A stretch of DNA of 64,000 nt, taken from the NCBI GenBank assembly GCA_965263355.1, contig CBDHHL010000056.1:1184001-1248000 (forward strand). The letters run 5' to 3'. Source of the stretch: Leptolyngbyaceae cyanobacterium. GTDB taxonomy: Bacteria; Cyanobacteriota; Cyanobacteriia; Phormidesmidales; Phormidesmidaceae. The notes beneath the pieces are model-generated. The model did no database searches, was not told the DNA's origin, and worked only from the letters and a program-made list of their open reading frames with translations. The translations under genes and the position numbers were made by a program. Below, piece after piece: positions 20,090 through 31,485 of the stretch (positions within the stretch are counted from its first letter, which is position 1; every line of letters begins with the position of its first letter).

Positions 20090-21247
20090 TTAACAGGCCA
20101 CCGGCATATCCACAGCACTAATACTATTAGCAAGGCTCTGCAAACGGTTTACCCTTTGTAGAACAGCTTGACTCGGCTGTAAATCGAAAGTGGCCAAAAC
20201 ATGTTGCCAGCGATAGACCCAATCATGTTTGAGCAACGCATTAACAACATTGCGACGCCTAATCCGTTCCACCTTATCAGGTTGTGCATTGAGTGATTGA
20301 ATGACCTCAAGCACGTCTTGCTCATAAAGATCTACCTTGATGACAGCATCTTCCCAGTCGAAATAACGGGGAAACATATCACCCTTGGGAGGTAGACCTA
20401 GCAACAAGGTACCCGCACCAACCCCTTCAAAATAACGATAGCCAATTTCTTGGGCTCCGCCAGTTTCGCTCAATGCGTTAAATCTCGCATGGACAGCGAT
20501 ATTGTAGCGGCTTCTCTGTAAAAGATTGACTAATTTAGCACGATGTTCGCGAGGATTACCTACTTCTAACTTGCCATTGTTAATAGTGTCGTAATAATAA
20601 AAGAAATTATCACTGCATTGAGAGCGTTGGTACAATGCCCGATGGGTTTCTTCAAGACGACGCCCAACACAACAAACATCAATCATCCGCTGGGGTGGAT
20701 TTGGATAGGGGCAAAACTGAAGGGCATCAATCGCTGGGGCCAGGTAGTCACAAGGAAGCCCCGTGACTTCTGAGTAGGTCTCAACACCATTGGCCGTCCC
20801 TAGAAAAATATGATCGAAATTCTTAAATGGTTCGTGGGCCAAACGCCAGTCGTTAAAGTTTAGCTTCCACGTTTCCATGATAAAGCAAGCCTTATGCCGA
20901 CATTTATCGCGCCAGTTTTTGACGGATTCTAACAAATGTAGCTGCCAAGGATTGTCGCAAGTAACAAATAACAAATCATATTCATGGTCTAACACGACTT
21001 CAGTTGGGAACGGTGCAATCGCGCTAGCAACATTTTGGGAACCAGTCGCATATTTAGCGAGGCGGTATATGCGTCTAGCTAGGTCAAATTCCTGGGTAGG
21101 CGCATAGAGCTTGACCCTATCTAAATCGCAGATAATATCCTCGAATTCATAAATAGTACAGTTAGCTACTTGAAATCGAAACCCTCGTACAGAGACAACT
21201 AAAATGCGGGGCTCTTTCTCTTTATTTTTAGAGGTATCAATTAACAT
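20090..21247 (-). CDS. Glycosyltransferase (CgeB / GT1_2-like)
   Basis: R.IDVCCVGRR, RYFEG.GAG, HDWVYRW C-terminal motifs. Confidence 0.8.
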   Translation of the reverse strand: MLIDTSKNKEKEPRILVVSVRGFRFQVANCTIYEFEDIICDLDRVKLYAPTQEFDLARRIYRLAKYATGSQNVASAIAPFPTEVVLDHEYDLLFVTCDNPWQLHLLESVKNWRDKCRHKACFIMETWKLNFNDWRLAHEPFKNFDHIFLGTANGVETYSEVTGLPCDYLAPAIDALQFCPYPNPPQRMIDVCCVGRRLEETHRALYQRSQCSDNFFYYYDTINNGKLEVGNPREHRAKLVNLLQRSRYNIAVHARFNALSETGGAQEIGYRYFEGVGAGTLLLGLPPKGDMFPRYFDWEDAVIKVDLYEQDVLEVIQSLNAQPDKVERIRRRNVVNALLKHDWVYRWQHVLATFDLQPSQAVLQRVNRLQSLANSISAVDMPVAC

Positions 21248-21529
21248 AGCTATCTAGGTACAGTCAAAAGGGGACAATAACTTGGCTCTATGTATCATCC
21301 CTAAGTAAGAAAACGTTATTTGTTCTGTAGATGTTCCTTACTTGACGTTAGTTCACCTTAACAATGCCCTGATACAGTTAAATAATTTAAGCCGCCCACG
21401 GACTCTCAAGAACTTTTTGACAAACTTATTCTAAGTTCGCCAGATTTTTAACGATTCAATACTGAATCTTTATCCTGAAGTTTCAGATAGTAATAAAACG
21501 TTTCGCTAGTCTGTCGCATCCAGAAGTCT

Positions 21530-22921
21530 CTAGAATTCGACATTGTCTGGTGTGCGGGGAAAGGGAATGACATCGCGAATATTTGCCATGCCGGTCATAA
21601 ACTGTACCAGCCGCTCAAAGCCAAGACCAAATCCGGCATGGGGCACCGTGCCATAGCGGCGTAAATCGAGGTACCACCAGTAATCGTCCTTGGGCAAGCC
21701 AGCCTCAGCAATGCGTTTTTCCAGGACATCCAAACGCTCTTCCCGCTGAGAACCGCCAATAATCTCCCCAATGCGGGGGGCCAGGACATCCATAGCTGCC
21801 ACTGTCTTGCCACCTTCGTTTAGCCGCATGTAGAATGCTTTAATTGCTGTGGGATAGTCGGTGACAATAACTGGCTTCTTAAAATAGTCTTCCGCCAAAT
21901 AGCGTTCATGCTCAGACTGCATGTCCAAGCCCCAGGACACTGGGTACTCAAATTTCTGATCACATTGCTCTAACAGTTTAATGGCATCGGTGTAAGTAAT
22001 CCGCTCAAATTCATTGTTAATAATGTTATCAGCGGTTTCTAAAACTGTTTTGTCAATACGCTTATTAAAGAATTCCATATCGTCGGGACAGTCTTCTAAC
22101 ACCCGCTGAAAAACAAATTTAAGAAATTCCTCTGCTAGGTCCATATTGCCTTCGAGGTCGCAAAACGCCATTTCCGGCTCCATCATCCAAAATTCGGCCA
22201 GGTGGCGCGAGGTATTGGAATTTTCAGCCCGGAATGTGGGGCCAAAGGTGTAAACATTGGTAAATGCCATGGCCATGATCTCAGCTTCCAGCTGACCACT
22301 CACCGTCAAGTACGTGGGCTTACCAAAAAAGTCCTGGCCATAGTCCACTTTGCCGTCATCATTTTTGGGTAGCTTGTCCAGATTCATGCTGGTGACGGTA
22401 AACAGTTCACCTGCCCCTTCACAGTCACTGGCGGTGAGGATGGGGGTATGGATCCATAGAAAATCGCGGCTTTGGAAAAACTCGTGAATGGCGCTGGAAC
22501 AAGCGTTACGCACCCGAAACACAGCACCGAGGGTATTGGTACGCGATCGCAAATGCCCCAATTCCCTTAAAAACTCAAACGAATGCCGTTTTTTCTGCAG
22601 TGGATAGGTCTCCGCATCGGACTCACCAACCACCTCTAGACTATTGGCCTGTAGCTCCACCCGCTGTCCTTTCCCTGGCGACTCCGCCAATGTGCCAGTG
22701 ACCATCACTGATGCCCCTGTGGTAATCCGCTTCATGGCATCGTCATAGCCATCCAGTTTGGCATCGGCAATTACCTGTAGCCCCGTCATTGACGAGCCAT
22801 CATTAACATCCAAGAAACTAAACGCCTTAGAATCGCGTTTCGTCCGGACCCAACCCTGAATAGTGACAACATCACCAGGGTTACCAGATTTCAGGATGTG
22901 CTTAATACGCTGGATGGTCAT
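21530..22921 (-). CDS. asnS: Asparagine--tRNA ligase
   Basis: [50 protein letters not shown]. Confidence 0.98.
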   Translation of the reverse strand: MTIQRIKHILKSGNPGDVVTIQGWVRTKRDSKAFSFLDVNDGSSMTGLQVIADAKLDGYDDAMKRITTGASVMVTGTLAESPGKGQRVELQANSLEVVGESDAETYPLQKKRHSFEFLRELGHLRSRTNTLGAVFRVRNACSSAIHEFFQSRDFLWIHTPILTASDCEGAGELFTVTSMNLDKLPKNDDGKVDYGQDFFGKPTYLTVSGQLEAEIMAMAFTNVYTFGPTFRAENSNTSRHLAEFWMMEPEMAFCDLEGNMDLAEEFLKFVFQRVLEDCPDDMEFFNKRIDKTVLETADNIINNEFERITYTDAIKLLEQCDQKFEYPVSWGLDMQSEHERYLAEDYFKKPVIVTDYPTAIKAFYMRLNEGGKTVAAMDVLAPRIGEIIGGSQREERLDVLEKRIAEAGLPKDDYWWYLDLRRYGTVPHAGFGLGFERLVQFMTGMANIRDVIPFPRTPDNVEF

Positions 22922-23025
22922 TGGCTGCCTACAATTTTGACTCTATATAAGGTAGCGCAGGCCAGGTATTTTTCAGGCATTTAGACATGGCATAATTTTT
23001 GCCATAGGGATTGGCATGTTAACCC

Positions 23026-23364
23026 CTATGGCGAACCAAACCATCCCCGAAAAAACCACCCCAGCACCAGTCCCAGTCCCACAAACCTTAGCACCTGCCA
23101 GAACGGTTCTTTGAGGTTATTCCAGGACAGCAACTGGCTTTCCAAGGTGTCCTCCAGATTTTCAAGTTGCTTTTGTAGCCGCTTTAATTCAGCCTTAGGC
23201 AGATGACCCTGGGTGATTTTCACCTGAGCCTCAGTCCACTGGGAAAATGCTTCTCGCACCTCACCATAGCGTTGACGCAGGGCATCAAAATCCTTGCTCG
23301 TCTCCTCCAGTGCCGTGGCAAAATCCGCCAGGTCTTGCTCAGTTAGGGGCAGCGACGATTTCAT
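23026..23364 (-). CDS. Hypothetical coiled-coil protein with C-terminal TM helix
   Basis: 112-aa ORF ending FWQVLRFVGLGLVLGW. Confidence 0.7.
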   Translation of the reverse strand: MKSSLPLTEQDLADFATALEETSKDFDALRQRYGEVREAFSQWTEAQVKITQGHLPKAELKRLQKQLENLEDTLESQLLSWNNLKEPFWQVLRFVGLGLVLGWFFRGWFGSP

Positions 23365-23497
23365 AACCTGGGCCTCATGCAGTAGATATAGACTAAAAGT
23401 ACAGTAGAGGATCTAAGGAATACCCTATTAGTAGATTCCTTACCCCACATCTATAGGTTGGGCATTGCCCACCGTTCTAGATTTCGAACTATCAACC

Positions 23498-23794
23498 ATG
23501 AACGAATCCACAGTAGCGTCATCTAATAATAATGAGGCGTTGAATCTGCAAGACACCGAACCAATGGCCCTGGCCCAAGCCTTGGCTAAGCAGCTAGCCA
23601 TTGGCCCCATGGACTGGCATCGACTCAATTCCAACCGTCAGGTGCGGGCCAAAGAACAGGTGGCGGCGGCTCTAGTCTATTTGCTTAACGATAATCCAGA
23701 CGAAGCCCTACCCCGTTTAGAACAGGCTATCGGTTGGCTCAACCGCAGTATCAAAGCTCCCCCCTGTCCTACCCATGGGAAAAATCAACATTAG
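23498..23794 (+). CDS. Conserved cyanobacterial hypothetical protein (DUF6439-like)
   Basis: DWHRL...RAKEQ.AAA...QAIGWL...PPCPTHG; start placed at ATG 23498. Confidence 0.75.
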   Translation: MNESTVASSNNNEALNLQDTEPMALAQALAKQLAIGPMDWHRLNSNRQVRAKEQVAAALVYLLNDNPDEALPRLEQAIGWLNRSIKAPPCPTHGKNQH

Positions 23795-23799
23795 CAACA

Positions 23800-24591
23800 T
23801 TAGTGATCAGAGACTTCATAGGTCAGCGTTACAGGCACACCCACCTGGGTTGCCAATACCTGTGCTGCACTATCGCCATTAATGGCCAGTTCCACATAGC
23901 CATGGCTGCCGATCAGTGCTAATGCTGTACCGGGTTCAGTGTATCCATAGCTGCTGTAGCAGGACAAACAATAGCCACCAAGGGTCACCTGCCAGGGTTG
24001 GGAGAGCAGATTTTGCCCTGGAATATTGGTAATCAAATTGCCAAAGTGATCAATATATTGAACGCTGCCTTTATAACCTGTGGAGGTTGCGATCGCGTCC
24101 TCTAAATCTAGACACACCAAATCAGCAACTGATATTGATGACCCTAGCTTTTCCAATGGCAAACCATTCGCTAAATGGGCAGCCACAGGCGCAAAAATAT
24201 CACGACCATGAAATGTATTGCTGGGCCAAGGGGTACGCCAATAGTCAGACTCGGTTAGTTCCACAGCTGCCGTAATAGAAAAGCCTGTAAGGATGCCATT
24301 ATCTGGGGCAACGATTATTTGGAGTCCAGTCGGGGTGTTAACTTGGGCTGCGATCGCAGCTCGCTGAGTCCCCACACCTGGATCCACAACGACAACATGA
24401 ACCGTGCCCCCAGGAAAATAGTCATAGCTAGTTAGCAAATTAAACCGAGCCGCCAAGATTGCCTGAGGTTGAATATCATGGGTCAGATCCACCACCTGAC
24501 TCTGAGAGCTGATACTAGCAATCACCCCCTTCATCACACCGACATAACTATCTTTGTGACCAAAGTCCGTCAACAGTGTGATCAGGCCCAT
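23800..24591 (-). CDS. SAM hydrolase / chlorinase-fluorinase family (DUF62)
   Basis: ITLLTDFG, VVDPGVGT.R, APDNG, TFHGRDIFAP, IDHFGN. Confidence 0.93.
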   Translation of the reverse strand: MGLITLLTDFGHKDSYVGVMKGVIASISSQSQVVDLTHDIQPQAILAARFNLLTSYDYFPGGTVHVVVVDPGVGTQRAAIAAQVNTPTGLQIIVAPDNGILTGFSITAAVELTESDYWRTPWPSNTFHGRDIFAPVAAHLANGLPLEKLGSSISVADLVCLDLEDAIATSTGYKGSVQYIDHFGNLITNIPGQNLLSQPWQVTLGGYCLSCYSSYGYTEPGTALALIGSHGYVELAINGDSAAQVLATQVGVPVTLTYEVSDH

Positions 24592-24627
24592 AGGGTTCTA
24601 ACCTTCTAAAGTGATACGTTTTCACCA

Positions 24628-25041
24628 ATGAGTAATTCCTTATCACACTGTGTCGATGTCTTAGCGCTCAATGCCATTGAGCGTCACATCTTTATATGTG
24701 CAGACCAAACAAAACCAAAATGCTGTGACAAGGCCGCCAGTATTGATGCGTGGAGTTACCTCAAAAAAAGATTGAAAGAATTACAGCTGGATATGCCAAC
24801 TGAGCAGCGTCCTAGCTGTATCTTTCGAACTAAGGCAAATTGCCTACGTGTTTGCCAGCAGGGGCCTATCCTAGTAGTTTATCCCGACGGTGTTTGGTAC
24901 CACAGTGCCACTCCCGAGGTGATAGAACGCATTATTCAAGAGCATTTAATCAATAACCAGGTGGTAGAAGCCTATGCTTTCCTGAAAAACCCACTACCTG
25001 ATGAAAATAAGTACCGGGCAATCCGTGATTCTATCGATTGA
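24628..25041 (+). CDS. Thioredoxin-like [2Fe-2S] ferredoxin
   Basis: HIFIC...KCC...[16 protein letters not shown]. Confidence 0.92.
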   Translation: MSNSLSHCVDVLALNAIERHIFICADQTKPKCCDKAASIDAWSYLKKRLKELQLDMPTEQRPSCIFRTKANCLRVCQQGPILVVYPDGVWYHSATPEVIERIIQEHLINNQVVEAYAFLKNPLPDENKYRAIRDSID

Positions 25042-25350
25042 TTGGGAACAATTGATTTGAACTACAGGGTCAAGCAGTTGATATGGAAGCCGTTGCTGTA
25101 TTTCAGCTAATACTTAGCAAAGTTTTAATAATGCACAACCTTGCTATAAATTTAACTGGGCTTAATAAAATAACCCTGATTGACTATAGTCCGTACAGTA
25201 TCATCAACAGAGGTGTATACAAGCAAATAACTGGGCTTTGGCCACTTAAGCTCTGCCAAACCAGGACATACCTGGTGACTGCCTAATTCTTTTTGAACTT
25301 ATTCCTTCAAATTTTATCCTCACATACATCGAGTAACACGAGTACACGGC

Positions 25351-25998
25351 ATGAAAGAAACTACAAATGGCGATCAAAAGAAACTCTTACTAATCGATGA
25401 TGATCCTAATCTCATTCTGCTAGTGAGAGATTATTTAGAGTTTCGCGGCTATCAAGTGGTTACGGCAGGCAATGGCCGCGAGGCCCTTGATACCCTAGGT
25501 AACTTGGTGCCTGACATGATCATCTGCGATGTGATGATGCCTGAAATGGATGGCTATGCCTTTGTCGAGCAAGTTCGTCAAGATCCAGGCAAAAGCTGGA
25601 TTCCCATCCTTTTCTTATCGGCCAAGGGGCAAAGTCAGGACCGAGTTAAAGGTCTGACCACCGGGGCAGATGTCTATATGGTAAAGCCATTTGAGCCAGA
25701 AGAGCTAGTGGCCCAGGTAGAGTCATCCCTCAAGCAAGCCTCCCGTTTAATCCATCATCAGACCAAATCGGGCGGTGGTGCGCCGACCATTCAAGTCCCA
25801 TTCGACGTAGAGCTAACGCCCACAGAGCTAAAAGTAGTTCAGTTTGTAGCCCGTGGTATGGCTAACCGCGAAATTGCCGAAGAGCTTAAGGTCAGTCAGC
25901 GGACCATTGAAAGCCATGTTAGTAACATGCTTGGTAAAACGGGCCTCCACAACCGCACTGAGCTAGCCCGATGGGCCATGGAGAATAATAAGGCCTAG
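25351..25998 (+). CDS. NarL-family response regulator (OrrA-like from memory)
   Basis: LLIDDD receiver, CDVMMP, KPF; LuxR HTH LTPTE...NREIAEELKVSQRTIESH. Confidence 0.92.
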   Translation: MKETTNGDQKKLLLIDDDPNLILLVRDYLEFRGYQVVTAGNGREALDTLGNLVPDMIICDVMMPEMDGYAFVEQVRQDPGKSWIPILFLSAKGQSQDRVKGLTTGADVYMVKPFEPEELVAQVESSLKQASRLIHHQTKSGGGAPTIQVPFDVELTPTELKVVQFVARGMANREIAEELKVSQRTIESHVSNMLGKTGLHNRTELARWAMENNKA

Positions 25999-26014
25999 GC
26001 CTTATAGAACCGCA

Positions 26015-26052
26015 AGACAGGATAGGTTATTTGCCGTGGACCTATCCTGTCT
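26015..26052. terminator. Hairpin terminator between regulator and tRNA
   Basis: AGACAGGATAGGT-12nt-ACCTATCCTGTCT perfect 13-bp stem. Confidence 0.7.
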
Positions 26053-26080
26053 AAGTAATCAAATTTAGCTTAGATAAGTT

Positions 26081-26109
26081 TTTACTTAAGTGCAAAACTT
26101 CGCTATAAT
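26081..26109 (+). promoter_or_regulatory. Sigma70-type promoter of tRNA-Thr
   Basis: TTTACT-17nt-TATAAT ending 11 nt before the tRNA. Confidence 0.65.
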
Positions 26110-26120
26110 GCTAAGGCTTC

Positions 26121-26193
26121 GCTGGTGTAGCTCAGTTGGTAGAGCAGCTGATTTGTAATCAGCCGGTCGTCCGTTCGAGTCGGATCACCAGCT
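26121..26193 (+). tRNA. trnT: tRNA-Thr(TGT)
   Basis: Acceptor GCTGGTG/CACCAGC, D arm TAGCTCAGTTGGTAGAGC, anticodon arm GCTGA-TTTGTAA-TCAGC, T loop GTTCGAGTC; CCA not encoded. Confidence 0.97.
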
Positions 26194-26413
26194 TTTTAAT
26201 GAAAACCTTTCGTGTTAAGGGTTTTAGTCTTCTATATTTTAGACGTCTCTAGAATTTTTAGGTATATTTTTGCTTGATTTTCGACATAAACTAAGCGCTA
26301 AAAGCTTTTCATATCAAAGGTTTTAGGGGAATTAGTACAGGAATTAGCACAGAAATTAGTACAGGCGTAAATCTTCTAAAGGGGGTTAGCCATTATTTTC
26401 AATGAAAATAAGC

Positions 26414-26454
26414 ATTGCTTGACCGACTGACTTAGGATCAGCCGGTCAAGCAAT
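26414..26454 (-). terminator. 17-bp-arm palindrome in island left end (probable minus-strand terminator and/or core-like site)
   Basis: ATTGCTTGACCGACTGA-CTTAGGA-TCAGCCGGTCAAGCAAT; the mismatch is G.U on the minus strand, followed by a U-rich tail. Confidence 0.65.
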
Positions 26455-26653
26455 CTGCTAGCGCAGCCAATTCTGCCTCACCTCAGAAAAGTTCAGTAGC
26501 CATCGCACCACACCTGAGAGTCCGTGATGTTCTAAGTGCTCGCGATTCTAAAGAATTAGGTCCAATTAATGATTGGCTTGGCCTTAATGTCTGGAAGTAA
26601 CAGTCCGCTTAGTCTGAACACGAGATATATCAAGGTCTATTTTCTGCTAATGC

Positions 26654-29600
26654 CTACCAAGGGCTGCCAACTAAAGTAAACCCAGACCAGTAAAAAGGGT
26701 GAGATAGATTCGGAACGGTTTCCTCTCGGTGAAAAACTGCCTGAATACTATCGGGTAGAGGAACATCACCATCAGACCAATAAAGGGTATCAGCCTCAAT
26801 AAAGACCTTACCGTTCAGCATAGCAACTTGAGCTTCCTGTAGGGCTTCGGCCTTGATAGGAACTTCAATAGACTGTAACTGAGTGTAAAACTCAATCATC
26901 AGTGCAGCAGTACCTACGTCTGACACATTCCATAAGCTAGCCAGAGTTGACTTGACACCTGCTTGACTTGCAAATCCAGCAAATCCGAGTTCAGCTTCGT
27001 AGCTGTCACTAGCAGTTTCACAGGCACTCAGTATGAGTAATTCCAAAACTGGATCATGCCACCCCATTTTACGCACTTCAGACAATCGTAGTTTTCGATC
27101 CCATAGTTGGATGTAAGACTTGTCCGGACTGCTACGATTAAACCGAGCATGGGTTGCTAGATGAACAATACCAGTGGGGTCTACATTTCTAGAGTTGCGG
27201 ATGTTGTTTGTGGTGGCAGCCTCTTCCAAAAGAGGCGTGCTATTGCCAAACCAATTATTGATGACACTATCAATCTCAAAAGGAACTGCTGGCAAATTAT
27301 CTAAGTTTTGATCTGGGAAATTGGACATCCCTGCAGGCAGGACAAGAGAATCTTGAATATTCTGATAGCGTGTATCAGTCAAGTTGAGACTAGGCATTAA
27401 CCCCAGACTGTAGTTTTCAATTAGAAATTTCTCGCCATTATGCAAGGCTGCCAGAGGGGTAGCCCGTAACCCCTGATCCATAATAAAAACCAAATTATTG
27501 ATATCATTCCGTTTTAAGTCCTGAACTAGAGGATTAATGAGCCATCCATAGAGTTGCTGGGAAGGGAGAAGATAGTTCTGACTTTGCTCAAAGATAGCCT
27601 CACGGAAGCTACTGGCAGTCTCAGTAACTTCTAAACAAGTGGCACTGGGCACATGCTTGGAAATAACTTCTTCCTTACTGGTGATTACGACCAGAAATAG
27701 CTGATCATCTTCTCGTCCTTTGCAGCCTTCTTGCCTTTGCAGTTGTGCTAACAGAGTCGATAATGAATCTTCACTCTTGAATGTCCAGAGAGTTTCATGG
27801 GAATAAGCTGATTGAGGCTCTGCTTCATCTTCACGAATGTCCTCAATTCGTGCCTGTTCAGAGATAATTTTATCACTGGGAGCAAAGAACGCATATATAA
27901 TAGCAGGCTTGGCCCCCGTAGTATCTTCAATTCGTCGAATGGTATTTTGAGCATCGATAACAGTAGACTCATTTTCACCATTGTCCCCAGAAACATCAGG
28001 TGATAAAGAAGCTTGATAATAGTTTTCATACTGTTGCTGAAAACTATCTTCGACGCCTCTAAGAACAGATTCAATAACATCAGTGTTGTCGTATGTCACG
28101 GTAACAAATGCTGGCTCAGTAGCAGGGTCTAAGCCAATAAAGATATCAGTACTATCATTAATGCTAGTAAGGTCGTCAATAACGTTATCAATAATGGGCT
28201 CTTGCTGGGAGTCAGTAATAATTTGAATATCGCCCTGAGTAAAGGTGTCGAAGAAAGCTTGGGTAGGTAATATAGTGTCGTTGTCAGTTGTGATGGCGAA
28301 TTGGGTTCCATTGAGGCTAGCATCACCAACAGTAAAAGGAACAAATCCGCTTCCACCGTGACGAATAGTGATTGAGCCATTTCCTGATATCCCTGCTGTT
28401 GAGATACTGGCGTCAACGTTGTTGAAATCTGTAAAGCTTCCGCTGGCACGAAAGAATCTTCCAGTTGTAATATCAACCGTTCCACCGATTCCATTGGGAG
28501 CAGTCGTATTGATGCTGGCTATCTGAATATCGCCAATAGGGTCGAGAAACACATCACCTGCATCGCCTATAAGACTACTGGTATTGATGCTATTCACTTG
28601 AATTTCGGTCAATGCCTCAACAGTGACTGAGCCACCATTACCTAATGTGTTTTGTGTACCAATATCTTCTGTAAAAACTCCACCATTTTCAGACTGCAGT
28701 AAGACGTCACCCGAATTAGTTTGGCCACTCGTAGAAATTGTTTCTGTAAAAATTGAGCTAGCCGCATTGATCCTAATGTCTTGACCTTCAGTAGTAATGT
28801 TTCCAGTTTGAACATTACCTGCGGTACTGTTGAGTGCCAGAGGGACATCAAATGCAATGTCACCTAAAACAATATCTTGGCTAGCTGATAAAGAAAAAAT
28901 ATTGCTGGTATTAATTTCCCCTAAAACAGAAAAAAGTGCATTGGATTGAGGTGCTGTTGCGGTTACAAATATTGAGCCAGATCCTGATGCATCAATTTGA
29001 CTATTGTTACCTAAAAGAAAACTTGTGGAATTAGTATCACTTATAGCTGTAGTATCTATTAAAATATTTGCCGTTCCAGTCGATTCAACAACTGTGCCAT
29101 TGCCAACAATTTGAACACCATTATTGTTATTACTAGAGGCATTTCCACCAGTACCTATGATTGATAAATCTCCATCTTGGACACGAAAAATAGTAGCATC
29201 TGACTCAATATTAACTCCGTGATTATTTTCAGTCCCATTTCCCCCTATACCTATGAGAGTAAGAGAACCACTGCCTGCTGTTTCAAGATTTACACCAAGA
29301 TCGGCCCCAGTAATCCTAATCCCATCATTAAAATTACTGCCTCCATCACCACCTGTTCCTTCAATAAGTAAATCACCACCATCTGTTCCAATTCTGATAG
29401 GAGCACCATTATTAAGTATCGTAACCCCGGAGTTCAGACTACTGTTGAGGTTATTGCCAAATCCTCTGAGGGTTAAATTGCCACCATTAATAGTTTCAAC
29501 CGTTGCACCATCGCTAATTATAATTCCTTCGCCAGCATCAGCATTACCGATGCCACCTCCATTGCCTTCAACCAATAGTCCACCTGAGCCTGCTCGCACA

Positions 29601-31444
29601 GTTGACTGTATAATCTGAACACCTCGACTCTGGTTTGTTGAACTGTCACCACCTGTACCAATAATAGTCAGAGCACCATTACTCGTATCTAATAAACTGT
29701 TACTAATAAGTACACCTTTGTTATCTACATCAGAACCTCCTTGACCTGAGAGAGTTAAATTTCCACCTTGGGTATTAATAGAATTATTGATAACATTCAC
29801 GGCTCCTGCATCTATACTGTCAAAATTAGCTGTTAGGGTAACGTCTCCCCCTGCTGTAGTGATATTTGCATCTACATTGATGTCATTATTGGCGTTCGCG
29901 GTTAGTCCTACCCCTGGTGTAGCTATATTGACATCTGCATTGAATGTGATGTTGTTGGTTGCTTGGAGAACTATATCTGACGATGCTGCATTTAAAAAAC
30001 TGGCATCAATTGTGGTTGCTGCACCGGGGCCTAGATCGGTATCAAAGAAAAACTCATCCACATCGTCTAAACCTGTGGCCGATCCTCCAGCTGCAACAAT
30101 CGTAATATCAGTTGGATCTAACAGCAGTAACCCCACCTGACCATTCGCCGCCGCCGCATCGACTTGTCCGTGAAAATCTAGAAACTCTAAACCAGAAACT
30201 TCAACAAAACCTCCATCACCTCCCTGAGCCCCTCCTTGAACGCTAATATAGCCATCAAACTTAGTAGCCTCATCTGCCCAAACAATGACTTGGCCTCCGA
30301 CTCCTTCTACTAGAGCATTTGCCGCAATACTGGAGTCTGCACTGATAAATGTTCGGTTTGCATTGGGAATATTCTCTTGCCCCTGGTAACCTCCTCCAAC
30401 GCGAACCATCCCGCCTCCATTCGTACCAGACGCATCAAGATTTGCTCTAACAAGTCCCACGCGATCTCCTAAAGCTGTAATTACTCCTCCAGTCTCTCCG
30501 ACCGTTGTAATATCTCCTGACATCAAAGTTGTTTCAGGAATTATCGAGACTGCACTGTCAGCAGTTGTAAGCTGAACCGTCCCATCTGAGTTAATCATTA
30601 GGCTGGAAGCATGATTAACGCTGCCACCAGTCAAAGCATCTGGTAAAGACAGGGGATCAAAGGGGATTGTAGAGCCTGATTCTAGTACTGGTAGTTCATC
30701 TATCGTTGCAAGATCCAGGTTAATAAAATTACCCTCTTGGCTGATGCGAACCAATTGCTCACCTGGGACTGAAGCGATTGTGATTATGCCATCCTCAGTT
30801 GAGAGGCTGCCCGTATTGATAATAGTTCCTCCAATGATAGTCAATTGCTGCTCCGCAGTGAGGTCTAAATTTCCTTCATTGATAATGGCTCCAGGGTTCC
30901 TAGCGGTGAAGACAAATGTGCTAGGAGTTCCCAATAGAGAAGCATAGTTATTGTTATCAAATAGATTTACATAATTCTCTCCAAATCCAATTTGGTCTGC
31001 TGTTGTAACAGTAAGTCCACCGCCTATGTTCAAGACAGCATTTTGCCCAAAGAATATCCCGGCTGGATTTACGAGGAAGAGATTGGCATCTCCCCCTGTC
31101 ACTTGAATCAGGCCATCAATGGATGAGATGTTTTCATCATTAATGAGAGTTAGGATATTATTCAGTTCCGGCGTGACAAGAAAATCAGCAACTTCATCCA
31201 CAGGCACGTTGAACTGCTCAAATTCATGAAATAAATTATTCCCATCGTTGGAGTGACGACCGCCCGTAATTCTGTGGTGATTGCCTTCGGTAGTGACAAC
31301 AGAGCTGGTTCCACCCTCGTTAGGAACAATCGGGTTAGCAAAGGTGCTTGTAGCGATGGAACAATCTACCAACAGTGCGGTGATTGTAAGTGCTGGCAGT
31401 AAGCTGAGCGTAAGCCAATTAGTCTCTACTTTAAAGATGCCCAT
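26654..31444 (-). CDS. Filamentous haemagglutinin-domain protein with C-terminal CHAT (caspase-like) domain
   Basis: NLFHEF, LFLVNPAG, GGFVEVSG, LLLDP; CHAT motifs VHLATH, LILSACETA, ASLW.VSD, HPFYWSGFTLVGSPW. Confidence 0.93.
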   Translation of the reverse strand: MGIFKVETNWLTLSLLPALTITALLVDCSIATSTFANPIVPNEGGTSSVVTTEGNHHRITGGRHSNDGNNLFHEFEQFNVPVDEVADFLVTPELNNILTLINDENISSIDGLIQVTGGDANLFLVNPAGIFFGQNAVLNIGGGLTVTTADQIGFGENYVNLFDNNNYASLLGTPSTFVFTARNPGAIINEGNLDLTAEQQLTIIGGTIINTGSLSTEDGIITIASVPGEQLVRISQEGNFINLDLATIDELPVLESGSTIPFDPLSLPDALTGGSVNHASSLMINSDGTVQLTTADSAVSIIPETTLMSGDITTVGETGGVITALGDRVGLVRANLDASGTNGGGMVRVGGGYQGQENIPNANRTFISADSSIAANALVEGVGGQVIVWADEATKFDGYISVQGGAQGGDGGFVEVSGLEFLDFHGQVDAAAANGQVGLLLLDPTDITIVAAGGSATGLDDVDEFFFDTDLGPGAATTIDASFLNAASSDIVLQATNNITFNADVNIATPGVGLTANANNDINVDANITTAGGDVTLTANFDSIDAGAVNVINNSINTQGGNLTLSGQGGSDVDNKGVLISNSLLDTSNGALTIIGTGGDSSTNQSRGVQIIQSTVRAGSGGLLVEGNGGGIGNADAGEGIIISDGATVETINGGNLTLRGFGNNLNSSLNSGVTILNNGAPIRIGTDGGDLLIEGTGGDGGSNFNDGIRITGADLGVNLETAGSGSLTLIGIGGNGTENNHGVNIESDATIFRVQDGDLSIIGTGGNASSNNNNGVQIVGNGTVVESTGTANILIDTTAISDTNSTSFLLGNNSQIDASGSGSIFVTATAPQSNALFSVLGEINTSNIFSLSASQDIVLGDIAFDVPLALNSTAGNVQTGNITTEGQDIRINAASSIFTETISTSGQTNSGDVLLQSENGGVFTEDIGTQNTLGNGGSVTVEALTEIQVNSINTSSLIGDAGDVFLDPIGDIQIASINTTAPNGIGGTVDITTGRFFRASGSFTDFNNVDASISTAGISGNGSITIRHGGSGFVPFTVGDASLNGTQFAITTDNDTILPTQAFFDTFTQGDIQIITDSQQEPIIDNVIDDLTSINDSTDIFIGLDPATEPAFVTVTYDNTDVIESVLRGVEDSFQQQYENYYQASLSPDVSGDNGENESTVIDAQNTIRRIEDTTGAKPAIIYAFFAPSDKIISEQARIEDIREDEAEPQSAYSHETLWTFKSEDSLSTLLAQLQRQEGCKGREDDQLFLVVITSKEEVISKHVPSATCLEVTETASSFREAIFEQSQNYLLPSQQLYGWLINPLVQDLKRNDINNLVFIMDQGLRATPLAALHNGEKFLIENYSLGLMPSLNLTDTRYQNIQDSLVLPAGMSNFPDQNLDNLPAVPFEIDSVINNWFGNSTPLLEEAATTNNIRNSRNVDPTGIVHLATHARFNRSSPDKSYIQLWDRKLRLSEVRKMGWHDPVLELLILSACETASDSYEAELGFAGFASQAGVKSTLASLWNVSDVGTAALMIEFYTQLQSIEVPIKAEALQEAQVAMLNGKVFIEADTLYWSDGDVPLPDSIQAVFHREETVPNLSHPFYWSGFTLVGSPW

Positions 31445-31485
31445 ATGACTTGCGTTTTGAAAGTGTCGGAGAACGATCTCAGTGG

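Noticed and set aside
23800..24591. Halogenase (fluorinase/chlorinase) biosynthetic role
   Set aside because: Housekeeping context and the FHGRD motif fit the common DUF62 SAM hydrolase.
26460..26650. Integrase remnant behind the left-end hairpin (also 41280-41440)
   Set aside because: Manual translation of part of the minus-strand frames showed no tyrosine-recombinase motifs; tBLASTn would be decisive.
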